DNA of 33,478 nucleotides, taken from NCBI GenBank assembly GCA_008369845.1, contig MRSU01008697.1, forward strand, positions 1 to 33,478, written 5' to 3'. The notes beneath the pieces are model-generated. The model ran no database searches and was not told where the DNA came from. It worked only from the letters and a program-made list of their open reading frames with translations. The stretch is from Trichomonas gallinae (Eukaryota). Of this stretch, positions 1 to 10,240 are shown in pieces. Every line of letters begins with the position of its first letter. The stretch's first letter is position 1. The position numbers and the translations under genes were made by a program.

Positions 1-70
1 AGTGGCGGGACTCGAACCCGCAACCCCAAGATTAAGAGTCTTATGCTCTATCCGGTTGAGCTACACAGGC
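1..70 (-). tRNA. tRNA-Lys (anticodon CTT), 3' end cut by window edge
   Basis: Reverse complement folds as a cloverleaf: GCCTGTG TA GCTC AACCGGATA GAGC A TAAGA CTCTTAA TCTTG GGGTT GCGGG TTCGAGT CCCGC CACT. Anticodon CTT at 36-34, canonical T-loop. Confidence 0.95.
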
Positions 71-222
71 TGCACATTTTCAAGTTATTATTTTAGATAC
101 AGCATAGAAAAATTTATTTTCAATTGTTTACATTTATACATTTCAATTTATCATATTTAAATTAGACTAGATTTCAAAAAATGATTCTCTCACATTTTTA
201 GTTTTAATATATATTTATTTTA

Positions 223-1200
223 CTAATGAATGACCAATTCACTTATAAACTGATTATAATTATCTGTATACGCTATAATGAAGCCAAATGTTCTGGCAAT
301 TCATAAGATTCGTCTGAGATAGTGTCATATGTCTTCTGATCGTTGGAGCCAAGGTTGACAACTCTCCTTGGAGGATATTCTTTATAATAGGGATTTAGCT
401 GGAATTCACAAAGATCTCGATATTATCTGTTGGCTTTTCTAAATCAACCTCAAAATCACAGACTAAGTAATCGCCATAGACGAGGGCTCACTGCCAAGTA
501 GGACTGTTTCCAAACCAACCACCTAGCAAACCATCTACCAATGCTGTGTAGACACCATCTGGGTATTTAGGGTCGTAACCAGAGTGGTAAGTGATCTTTT
601 TATCTCGATCCAAATGCTGCATTGGAATTATCGACTGAGCCATTTCACCAATTTCATTCTCCGGTCAGAATGAATAATGCCCTCTTTCATTTACCATGTC
701 TAAAAATGGAGCAAGTTTCTGTTTGAACTGATCAAAGTTCTTGTAATCCTGAAGTATCCAACCGCTTTCTGCAACAGAGATGCATCTTGGCCACAACGTA
801 TATTCCGCGTTCTCGTTGGAGTATATGTAGACGCAATACAAAGTGACTTGTACACCTTTGACAGGAACATATTTCTCGATTTATAATCGTACACATGATA
901 CCCGCATCTGCTGCATTTTTCAATCGAGTGCCGATCTGACACAATGCCATTTATGTGTATGAATTTTGAAGGGAAAAGCTCCATGATTTCTTTTCCCTTC
1001 AAGAATGGAAGAGTATCTGGGTTCATCATGCAGAGACTATTTGCATCAGAAGAAGTGCAACCTAGTTATGGGTAACATTCAATAACTGAATGGCAATTAT
1101 CTGTCCTCGGCAGTGTCATGTTCGACAACAAAACTCCTTCGTTCTCATCTTTATTAATATCATGTGGCATCTCTCGTCACGCACTATATTCATGGCATTG
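223..1200 (-). pseudogene. Degraded GH20 beta-N-acetylhexosaminidase (Bacteroidetes-like, with C-terminal beta-sandwich domain)
   Basis: Stitching frames by hand gives ECYP*LGC..LCMMNPDTLPFLK..EIMELFPSKFIHINGIV..EKCSRC / KGVQVTLYCVYI..NAEYTLWPRCISVAESGW..KNFDQF..ERGHYSF*PENEIGE..IIPMQHL / KKITYHSGYDPKYPDGVYTALVDGLLGGW..WQ*..FEVDL / ..GSNDQKTY..QFISELVIH*. This is colinear with recalled Bacteroides GH20 motifs. It has in-frame stops (1068-1066, 667-665, 490-488) and about 3 frameshifts. The 5' boundary is approximate. Confidence 0.85.
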
Positions 1201-1387
1201 TCCAGCATGTTATGACTCTCCGGGCTACAACCACAACATGTAAATCTTCATGAGCTTTGCCATTCAGTTATAAACGCACCAAAAACTATAAATATCTTTA
1301 TATCAAGAAATTATTATAAAATTTTCAGTGTTATGATTTACAATCATATTATAATAAGGAAATTGTAAGATAAAAAATTAAAATTGT

Positions 1388-4300
1388 TTATTTTGTCTCT
1401 GGGTAGCTGTGTGTGAGGAGAGAATATGGGAATACATTCTTCATTCTTCCGTATTCTAACTTGCTGCAAAGCTTCGGGAACTGATCCATGAGGATGTATC
1501 TCGGGTTGATTGATTCCTGTGGGATTGTTCCGGTTCTAGCTTGCATAATCTGAGAAACTTTCGTGAAGAAATCTTCGATTGCCTTCTGCAATTTGATGTA
1601 TGAAGCTTCCTGGAAGAAGAATGGTGTGAGCTCGATGATCAACTCGAAAGCATACGGGAGTAAGTGCACGTTGTGCGACAAAGTGTTGTTGTCTGGATCG
1701 AATGTGATGTTGTCGAAGAAAGGTCCAGCGACGAGAGCAGCGATGTAAGTGAAGAAATCTTTGAGGCCATCTTCATGTGGTTTGATGCGGCTCTGCAATC
1801 TGAACTGTATGAACCAGCTGTAGTCCTGCTTGCAGAAAATCTCCTTCAAGAGATGAGCCTCAGGTTTGTCTTCGAATTCTGTCGTCGATATCATGTCGGA
1901 TATACCTGGAATTGCTTCTTCGATAACTAAGCTGATTGCTCGTCTTATTATCTTCCTCATTGCCAAGCCAACGGACAATGAAAGCAATGCTTGTGATGCA
2001 TTAGGTGTCATCTCGTTCTTGTAGACAACTTGGAGATTCTTGATGTTAGGCCTGATGAGTTCGAATGCTTGGTGGATGATGTAGAAGTTCTCAACAATTC
2101 CATTCGTCAATGTTGTGTCGAGATAAAGGAATGCGTGAATGCCCAAGACTCTGAATACTGATCTATAGTATGAAACGTTGTGTGTGGACTGATCAAAGCT
2201 GTCAGCGAATTGATTGTAAAGTGAGCTGTCATATCCGTTTTCGACAAATTTTGACATCGCTTCAGCGAAAATCTGAATCAATCTTGATGGATCTGTCAAT
2301 TCTCTCGGCTCCATTGGTGCCCTTCCAATCAACGCCTGCGCTTGTTGTGTCTGAGAAGTTGACGCGAAGAAAGAGTTTCTTAATGATTGTTCAAACAGAC
2401 CTCTTCTGAAAACGAGCTCTTCGTCTTCGAACTGGTCAATGTTCAAAGCTCTCGCATGACTAAAGAACGTCCATACAATGTGTGCAGCATTCAGTAATGA
2501 GTTTGTGTTGGATGTAAGATTCAAGAAAACAATCCTCAACAAATCGCTTGTCAATCTTCTGATGATGTATGGAGAAATGTCGATGTGTCTGCCAAGTACG
2601 TTGACAGATCTTGGGAGGTTCTCGATCAAACTGTTTGCGTATGCGATAGAATTGATTTCATTTGCTTCGTTCAGGCAGTACTTCATCTTCCTGAGATTGT
2701 ACGACAAGTCTTCCTTAGGAACGTCCATGCCGATTGGTCCGTCCAAGCTGTATTGCATGACTCTCGACTTCGCGGACAAAATGTTCGTCAACAATGAGAA
2801 GATTCTCGTCGTGAATGACTGTCTGATCTTGTTCTCCAAGATCTCGGCTGCTGTCTGAGATTCAGTTGAATGCATCGAGATAACGATTCTGTCGTAATTG
2901 AACAACTCGAACAAATAAATGAAAGCCGTGCATTCACCGATTGGCGCGCATGACGTTGAGATGAATTTGTCGAACTTGTTCAAGTGCCTCCACATTGTGT
3001 GCAGCTGGCATGAATCAAGGAACCACATTACAGGATCCTGGCAAGCGCTCGCGTGCATAGAAATCGTCATCAAGTGCTCGCACAAAGGAATCAAGAAGGA
3101 AACTCTGTATTTCTGAGCGACAGTATTATGTCTGTGGAGAGCTCTTCCGTGTGTCAACTGCAGTGGATAGAAATCGTATCTTATTCCTTGATCGAATTTA
3201 TCCAGATCCAAATCTTCGAGGCTTTCGAGAATTAACTTGCCTGTCGCGACGACATCAGCGCCAGCAATGCCGAGATCTGAGCCGAACTTGTTGAGAATGT
3301 AAGACAGATGATCAGCATCAACAGTTGCGAGGTTATATAAGAAGAATCTCTCAATTTCTGTCTTCCTTTTGATGAAAATGTCAGAAAGTTTGACGATGTA
3401 CTGCATGATTCTCGAAACTGTCTTCACATGCTCTGGATTCTGACTGTATTTGTCGTTGACTCTGAAGAACAGATCAATCTCATAGAAGCAGAAGGCAGCA
3501 ATGGCTCTGACGATGTGAACTGATCTGAGAAAAGCGTTGAAGTCGAGTTCTGCGAAATTGACAACTTCACCTGCCAACAAAACGAGCTGCTTCATTCTGT
3601 AGAGGTGAGATTCCTTGTATTTGCGCTGTACAGATGTTGAAAGAGTCTGTGTGAGGTTCTGCAGTGACTTAGAAGGAACAGCAACTTTGATTAACTCGTC
3701 GATGGGAATCGGAAAGTTCCTCGAAAGATAGAAAACAGCTGTTTCAGAAAGTGCTGCATGTCCCAAAGCGGAAAACTGCTGATTTTCGTCCAAAAACGAT
3801 GTGAAAACCAGTGTAAACAGTGTTAGGACCTCTTGAATGAACGAAATGTTGGTGATATAAGTATATTCGTTAATCGGCATCGAATCTCCGAGCGTAGACT
3901 CTGGAGTTTTTTCGTAGATTGAGAGCATTGACCAGTCAAAGACTGTCCAGTCAGCAAAAAGAGTCGAAAAGAATGGAATTAAGTTGACAACCATTAATGA
4001 CATTTTTTCTTTGATAAAATCAAGTTGATTTGCGATGAATGCGAATGGTTCATCCTGACAATGCGTAACGAAGTCGAGGAGATTCTCAAACTGGCACTGG
4101 AGAGGCAATGTGCTCGGAAGTGACGAAGATGAGAACAATTGAATCAAAAATTTAGCAGCCGTAATTCTATGGATATAAAGGACGATTCTGCATATAGCGC
4201 TGAACAGCTTGAGAGACGATAAAGTGATTGGCAAGTTCCAGCGGAAATCGAACTCTCTACTTGTTTTTGTCATGACTTTCAGCTGTTGTATAGATAATGA

Positions 4301-4591
4301 GCACCAATAAACTGTATAATCTATTGTTCTGATCGGCATAATCATTTGCATTGCGATTTTTTCGCGAGTTTGGTAAAGATTTTGTGGCAATGTTGGTAGT
4401 GCTGTATTATTAAGCTTGGCGTTGACGAAATTGGATGCGTATTGCTTAATTTTCATGCCTTCAGATGATGAAATCATCCTCATGATCTCTCCATCCTCTC
4501 TAAACTGATGCGCCGCGAACTCAAGGCTCGCGAGAACGTATTCTGAGTGCTTAAGTAAAATCTCCGTCTCTTCAAACCTTCCTTCGGTCAT
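1388..4591 (-). CDS. NAP1: Nck-associated protein 1 / Hem family (Nap1 subunit of the WAVE/SCAR complex)
   Basis: About 1067-aa helical protein. FFLYNLATVDA resembles YYVQYLSGFDA, YDFYPLQL resembles FDFRGMRL, HNVHLL resembles NNIHCL, and C-terminal VFPYSLLTHSY resembles CFPYVLLRNAY of NCKAP1. First ATG is at 4591 (the ORF track starts at a GTG). Confidence 0.8.
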   Translation of the reverse strand: MTEGRFEETEILLKHSEYVLASLEFAAHQFREDGEIMRMISSSEGMKIKQYASNFVNAKLNNTALPTLPQNLYQTREKIAMQMIMPIRTIDYTVYWCSLSIQQLKVMTKTSREFDFRWNLPITLSSLKLFSAICRIVLYIHRITAAKFLIQLFSSSSLPSTLPLQCQFENLLDFVTHCQDEPFAFIANQLDFIKEKMSLMVVNLIPFFSTLFADWTVFDWSMLSIYEKTPESTLGDSMPINEYTYITNISFIQEVLTLFTLVFTSFLDENQQFSALGHAALSETAVFYLSRNFPIPIDELIKVAVPSKSLQNLTQTLSTSVQRKYKESHLYRMKQLVLLAGEVVNFAELDFNAFLRSVHIVRAIAAFCFYEIDLFFRVNDKYSQNPEHVKTVSRIMQYIVKLSDIFIKRKTEIERFFLYNLATVDADHLSYILNKFGSDLGIAGADVVATGKLILESLEDLDLDKFDQGIRYDFYPLQLTHGRALHRHNTVAQKYRVSFLIPLCEHLMTISMHASACQDPVMWFLDSCQLHTMWRHLNKFDKFISTSCAPIGECTAFIYLFELFNYDRIVISMHSTESQTAAEILENKIRQSFTTRIFSLLTNILSAKSRVMQYSLDGPIGMDVPKEDLSYNLRKMKYCLNEANEINSIAYANSLIENLPRSVNVLGRHIDISPYIIRRLTSDLLRIVFLNLTSNTNSLLNAAHIVWTFFSHARALNIDQFEDEELVFRRGLFEQSLRNSFFASTSQTQQAQALIGRAPMEPRELTDPSRLIQIFAEAMSKFVENGYDSSLYNQFADSFDQSTHNVSYYRSVFRVLGIHAFLYLDTTLTNGIVENFYIIHQAFELIRPNIKNLQVVYKNEMTPNASQALLSLSVGLAMRKIIRRAISLVIEEAIPGISDMISTTEFEDKPEAHLLKEIFCKQDYSWFIQFRLQSRIKPHEDGLKDFFTYIAALVAGPFFDNITFDPDNNTLSHNVHLLPYAFELIIELTPFFFQEASYIKLQKAIEDFFTKVSQIMQARTGTIPQESINPRYILMDQFPKLCSKLEYGRMKNVFPYSLLTHSYPETK

Positions 4592-5483
4592 TTTTTTGTT
4601 TTTCACTTCATTTCAATCAAATAACAAAGCATTTTAAATTTAAATATGAATTCTATATTATATAAATATTATATATTTCATAAAAAGAAACGAAAAAGGT
4701 TGAAAGGGAAAAATATTGTCACTTTTTGATCAAATTGAATTAAAAATACTTCTTAGTTAATTGTAAATAACTTGGTTGATAACAAATTGAGAACTTTTCG
4801 GTTTCTTTTCAACTATAACCTTAAATCAAAAATAAATTTTATTTGATATTTGGGTGTAAAAACAATTAAATGAATTACTGATAAAATTTGACTCTGACAG
4901 TTGTCAATTTTCTGGAATTGCTGATTTTATTATGTTTTATAGATCTCAGAGCACTGTCTATTCTATATCTTAAGTTTTAAGTATATTCGGAAGGTCACAA
5001 AGCAAAATCTTGATATTTATAATAAAATTTTGATTGTTTTAATTGCTATATCACTTATTATGCAGGAATTTTCAATTTCAAAACTTAATTGAAATTTCGA
5101 AAGTTTGATTCGATTGTGAGGAAGGATTTCATGCAAATATATAATAATTTATTAAACACATGCATAGTGGCTTGTCATATTTTCATTCCGAATGGTTCAT
5201 ATTGTTCAAAACAATTATTTGTCGTGTAAAAATAATTCTGTCATGTAAAAGAAAAAAAAATTGAGCTATGGAAAATCGTGTAAATATTACATATCTGTAT
5301 CATTTTAAATTTCGTAACTTTGTGATATTGAAATATCTAGATATCATCGACTAGAATGAACGCTGGCTTTACATAAAGCTCAATAACTATGTACTAAGTT
5401 ATGTCAATTAAAATTTTGCTGAATTCAATCATAAATACATAATTTTATAATAACAAACAAAACATATACTAAAAATAAAATAA

Positions 5484-7754
5484 CTAGGTTGTAGTGCTGT
5501 TAGGTGATGAATTCTTCTTTTCATTGATAGAAGAAGTCGCACTGTGCTGTGAGATCGTGTTAGTAGGAGAAGTTCCCGAATGAACAGTTGCAGTGGCTGA
5601 AGCAGTTGGCGTTGCCGATGCAGACATGTACGTGTTCTTTTCCTGCTCTGCTTCTTCTATATCTGATAATTCTTCCTTCTCTTTCCTCCTCTTTTTATCT
5701 GGATCTCTCATAATGTTTTTCTTTCTCATAATGACGACAACAATGAGAGCACTGATGACGAGCGCAACGGATAAGAATACTATAAGGCCTATTTGCACTC
5801 CTGTTAGTTTCTTTTTGGGTTTATCATCGGGATGAGGACTATTCAGATTCGGTTCGCTTGTTCCGAAGTTGTATATGCTCGATTCCGTCTTGTAGTGTGC
5901 AAATGGGAAGTCCATGTATGATCTTGTGCCTCTAATCACGCCTCCTTTCTCTCTATTAACTGCATGATCATTTTCTGCCTTGATTTGAGCAGCTGCTATT
6001 AGATCTGAATCTATTTGCCTTCTCGTGGTCCATTTGGCGATGATAGAGCGACTTCTAATGTAACTTGATTTTGAAGGAATATTAAATTGACCGGAATTCT
6101 CCGAATAAAGCGTAAAATCGGTATCTGCATCGAGTCCAGATCTTGTTACATGGAAGTTCACATACGAAGAAGCAACATACCAAATGCAAACTTTTTGATT
6201 TGGTATAACCGATATGTTTGAGCTGATTCCGTTGAATTCCTCTGTTCCATATGAAGCAATGAAGTTGTTATTGTGCTTCGGAGACATAACAACTATATCA
6301 ACGGAATTACAATTTGGAAAAACGTCAGGAGTCCTTCTATAATTAAACACGCTGATATTAAGCATGCGATCTGTTGCGTCAGGCAAGCGTGTAATCGTTG
6401 TTGTTAGGCGTTTATCGGTGATATTTAGTACCCATTCTTTATCACCAAGGAAAGTGAAGCCATCTCCCGTTGCAGTGAATGATTTAGGATTGTGGAACAC
6501 ATATATTGAATACCTGTTGAAGTAAACTTCTGTGCCGACTCTTGGAATGTAATATAAATAACATCCAGTCAAAAATCGATAAAACGGCTTAGAATACGGA
6601 ACAGCTGGCAAAAAATCGAATGGTACGATGTATGCATTCCTGAGAGTCACGTTTTTCAGTGGAGATAATATCTCGCATTTTTCTAAACAGACAACAGAGT
6701 TGGTTGCGTTTTCATCGTCAACTATGTGGATAAATATTGAGTATTCACGTGCGATGAAACCGAAATCTCCACTTATGTCCGTTAATAAATCTTCATTAGG
6801 ATAATACATGGATAATTTCTTATTAAGGTTGGAAACATAGATATAATAGTCCATAACATAAGCTGATGTGAGCAAAATGCATTGATTATTAAGATCAGGC
6901 CCCTTAATCAAAAATGAAGCGTCAGATCCGTCATATATTTCAACTGAGTCGCAATACACTAACGGCTTAGCTACTATTGAGAAATAAAGCTTGACTGGCG
7001 TTGTAGCAACTACCGTGAAATGGGCCGGTATTCCTCTTGTAAAATACGCGCCTACATTTATTATGTCAACTTCATTGGGAGCCATAATGCGGAAGTATGT
7101 CGGGTTGTGAATGACTAAATACCTGAAAGCTAAAACATCAAAACAATAATAATCGTCAACCTGGACTGAATGGTATCCGGTTCCTATGTATTTGTTGGTA
7201 TCATATATATTTATGATGCCTCGGAGCGTATATTTATCAGTTCTGTAGATTAATGCGAATGCAGTTGCTTTTACGTAGTAGATATCGGAAGCTTGCATAG
7301 TGTAAAGAAGTTGGTTATTGAGTGAGTAAATGTATGCTTTGTCATCTGGGTCGATATCTATTGTCCTTACAGTAAATTTCGTTTCAACTGGCTCAAGATT
7401 AAAGACTGCGGTGCACATAAGACTGTCATCCGACATATCTTCTGCTCCTATTCTGTAAAATGGGTCAATAACCGTCTTCCAGGCACAAGAGCCGGATGGA
7501 GTATTAAGGACTCCAACGACAATATCGATTTCTTGACCATTCAAAGGATGCACTTCGTACTTCTGAGTAACTCTCATAGTCATTGTATTTTGCATTTGGT
7601 CGATTTGTGTAAGATCTGTAAAATATATAATACTGGACGTTGTTGGAACCAACAACACCCCATCTGCTGGAATAGTGATAGTTTGCGGATATCCGGGGCT
7701 TATCGAAAGTTCCCGAAAATTCAGGCAAAGACTAAGAAATAAGAAAAACAAAAT
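5484..7754 (-). CDS. Type I membrane/surface protein with about 3 degenerate internal extracellular repeats; start codon uncertain
   Basis: Long open frame. Hydrophobic N-terminus ILFFLFLSLC, single C-terminal TM (IGLIVFLSVALVISALIVVVI) followed by basic residues and an acidic then S/T-rich tail. No ATG before the signal-like segment (ATT at 7754; first ATG at 7595). Confidence 0.8.
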   Translation of the reverse strand: MLFFLFLSLCLNFRELSISPGYPQTITIPADGVLLVPTTSSIIYFTDLTQIDQMQNTMTMRVTQKYEVHPLNGQEIDIVVGVLNTPSGSCAWKTVIDPFYRIGAEDMSDDSLMCTAVFNLEPVETKFTVRTIDIDPDDKAYIYSLNNQLLYTMQASDIYYVKATAFALIYRTDKYTLRGIINIYDTNKYIGTGYHSVQVDDYYCFDVLAFRYLVIHNPTYFRIMAPNEVDIINVGAYFTRGIPAHFTVVATTPVKLYFSIVAKPLVYCDSVEIYDGSDASFLIKGPDLNNQCILLTSAYVMDYYIYVSNLNKKLSMYYPNEDLLTDISGDFGFIAREYSIFIHIVDDENATNSVVCLEKCEILSPLKNVTLRNAYIVPFDFLPAVPYSKPFYRFLTGCYLYYIPRVGTEVYFNRYSIYVFHNPKSFTATGDGFTFLGDKEWVLNITDKRLTTTITRLPDATDRMLNISVFNYRRTPDVFPNCNSVDIVVMSPKHNNNFIASYGTEEFNGISSNISVIPNQKVCIWYVASSYVNFHVTRSGLDADTDFTLYSENSGQFNIPSKSSYIRSRSIIAKWTTRRQIDSDLIAAAQIKAENDHAVNREKGGVIRGTRSYMDFPFAHYKTESSIYNFGTSEPNLNSPHPDDKPKKKLTGVQIGLIVFLSVALVISALIVVVIMRKKNIMRDPDKKRRKEKEELSDIEEAEQEKNTYMSASATPTASATATVHSGTSPTNTISQHSATSSINEKKNSSPNSTTT

Positions 7755-8830
7755 TTGACAAAAATAACGGTTAGATGAAAGCAAATAATATTGCTATAAA
7801 TCGTATATTCTTTTAGAATTACATTTACGTTGGAGTTCAACGATAATTGAATTTTGATTGAAATTCGATATATTACTTAATTATAAATATCCTACAAATA
7901 ATGCACTTTTGAAAATCTCTCAAAATTGAGAAAATACGTTACGGGAAATTTTGGATTATTGAACATAACTAGGAATAGAGTGATATGGACCTAAAAATTG
8001 AAAAGATGTTAAAAATTTGAATACATTAAATGAATTATGCTCCCAACTTTTTGATAACTTTACATGTCAAACTACAACTTTTACATGGCAGACTATAAAG
8101 GTTCGATTGTTTTTTTCTATCTGAAATTAATCGATTGGTTATCAAACCACGAAATTCTTCCAACTTCTACTGGAACCACGATATTGTATTTTCAATCATT
8201 TTATAGGCTTTTTATTTCAAAAAAATGTCAATGGAGCTGAACCCCATAAAAAACAAAATTCACACTGAAAGATAATTGTTTGACATGTTATCTAGAAGTA
8301 ATTAAGTTCTTAGTGTTATTTCTCGAATAGTTCACCAGTTCCTAGATAAAAATCAGATTTATATGGATAATCAACGTATTTCGAACTAATATTTGTGAAT
8401 TATGAGTCCTACTGGATAGTTATTTTGTAGAATTGAACCAATATTATCAGTTTCCAAAATTCAATCAAAATCAAATTAACCCATCATACATTTGGACAGG
8501 TAAAATTCTAACAAATTTCGATTTCTTCTCATAATATACTCCAATAAGTCGATTTTGATTGATTATTGGGAAATGACCATTATTTTACCTAAATATCTAT
8601 ATATTGAAATAAGAAACAGGCCATACATAGATCAATACATCTGTGTGCAAATAAGAATGCGTTAATAAAATTAATTTCAGATTGAATATTTGTAGATAGA
8701 GACTTGTCATTGTATAATAAGCATATATGTGTAAAATTAACGATTTGCCGAAAGATATATACAAAATATAGGTTTATTATTCATGGTATTTAAAAAAATA
8801 ATACAAAACGCAAGTGATTACCACATGATC

Positions 8831-9784
8831 TTACATGTTTGTTGATTCGAACTTGTATGTTGTGAATCTTATCTGTGAGTTGCAAGCTTGTACTAAGCCG
8901 TGGAAAGGAAGTTTGTTGAACGATAAAGCTGGGGGGACGTGTGTTGCTCTCATGAACATTCTTGGCTTTGGAACAACAATGTTTGGTGCTGATACTCTTT
9001 GAGGAAGTCTGATCATTGCACGAATCTCAGACATTGAAGCCCTCTTTTCTGGATTTGGCTGAATGCACATTCTCAATATCTCTTTGAACTCAGAGTTGAC
9101 GAATTTTGGTGTCTTGTATTGTCCGTATTCAACGAACTGGGCCCATTGGACTTTATTCGTGAATGGCAAACATTTGAAAGCCAAAAAGTAGAGAGTCATG
9201 CCTAGTGACCAGACATCTGCTTTAAATGAATTATAAGGAAGCTTTTGCACGACTTCTGGAGCCATGAAGCAGCGTGTACCGGAAAACTGATTGCAAGTTA
9301 TTCCATGATCTTTGCGCGCTAGACCGAAATCACACAACTTTGCGCGTCCATACTTGTCTAAGAGAACATTAGCTGGCTTAATATCGAGATGCGCTATTCC
9401 TTTTTCGTGTAAATAATTCAAAGCGTCAACAATTTCAAAAGTAAACTTGAGTATATCGGATTCCTTGAGTTCGTGTGTGTTAATGTAGTCATATATATTG
9501 CCGCCTGTGCAATCTTCTAAAATGAGGAAATAATAATTGAATTCATGGAAATACTTATAAATCTTGATAACATTCTGGTGATTCAATTGCTTTAACGCGT
9601 TGAGTTCTTGTTCAAATGCGAAATGTTGGCTGATCGTCTTGCAGACGAATGTTTGGTCGTATTGTTTGCTATAAACTCTGAAACAGCTGCCGTAGCCTCC
9701 CTCACCAACCTGTTCTACAAACTCATACCCCTGCTGATATAAAACAAGCTTAATCTTGTCAAGATCAATAGAACTGCTGTCCAT
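8831..9784 (-). CDS. Ser/Thr protein kinase (CAMK-like trichomonad expansion)
   Basis: GEGGYG, FVCK, HLDIKPAN, DFG, FMAPE, ADVWSLG, PEKR motifs. First ATG is at 9784. Confidence 0.95.
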   Translation of the reverse strand: MDSSSIDLDKIKLVLYQQGYEFVEQVGEGGYGSCFRVYSKQYDQTFVCKTISQHFAFEQELNALKQLNHQNVIKIYKYFHEFNYYFLILEDCTGGNIYDYINTHELKESDILKFTFEIVDALNYLHEKGIAHLDIKPANVLLDKYGRAKLCDFGLARKDHGITCNQFSGTRCFMAPEVVQKLPYNSFKADVWSLGMTLYFLAFKCLPFTNKVQWAQFVEYGQYKTPKFVNSEFKEILRMCIQPNPEKRASMSEIRAMIRLPQRVSAPNIVVPKPRMFMRATHVPPALSFNKLPFHGLVQACNSQIRFTTYKFESTNM

Positions 9785-9803
9785 AATTGAAAAATAGATA
9801 AAA

Positions 9804-9808
9804 TGTGA
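9804..9808 (-). promoter_or_regulatory. Initiator-like element TCACA upstream of kinase ATG
   Basis: Matches trichomonad Inr consensus TCAYW about 20 nt upstream of the ATG. Confidence 0.45.
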
Positions 9809-10092
9809 CTTTGTGTTATGAAAAGTCGTAGTGAATAATATATTTGACCAATCTACTCCAAAATTATTTTTCCGCAATAAGAGCCAAATACCGCAGCTAA
9901 CAAATATTGTTTGCAAAGAAATTTGATGATGAAGTAAAACAGTTTATTAGTATTTTATTATTCATCATGTTTTAGAATAAATATTAAAATTTTAACTTTT
10001 GGGGATCTTTCAAAAAAAAAAAAATGAGAATAAATTCAAAATATATCTATCTTATAAAAACTCTAAATACACGATTACAAACACAAATAACA

Positions 10093-10240
10093 AATTTTTA
10101 TGGTCAGTTTTCAATTAATTTCTGAAAAGACTGCAGCCTTGTACAAAGGTCTACTTTAGTTTTACAAATCTAAATCATTAATTTTTTGGTCAGTTTTGAA
10201 TTAATTTATGAAAAGCTTCATCTACAAAGTCACTTTTCAA
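10093..10240. repeat. Imperfect ~86-bp tandem duplication
   Basis: TGGTCAGTTTTCAATTAATTTCTGAAAAG at 10101 and TGGTCAGTTTTGAATTAATTTATGAAAAG at 10187, each followed by TACAAAG..ACTTT. Confidence 0.75.

Noticed and set aside
700..1260. Cys-rich fragments (CCGC..H, CSRCG, CSCQRC) suggesting an RBR/IBR ligase or a sirtuin zinc module
   Set aside because: They come from mixed frames. The colinear GH20 reading explains the whole region much better.
8150..8700. Possible eroded coding fragments on the minus strand (e.g. KYVDYPYKSDFYLGTGELF)
   Set aside because: Too fragmentary to assign.
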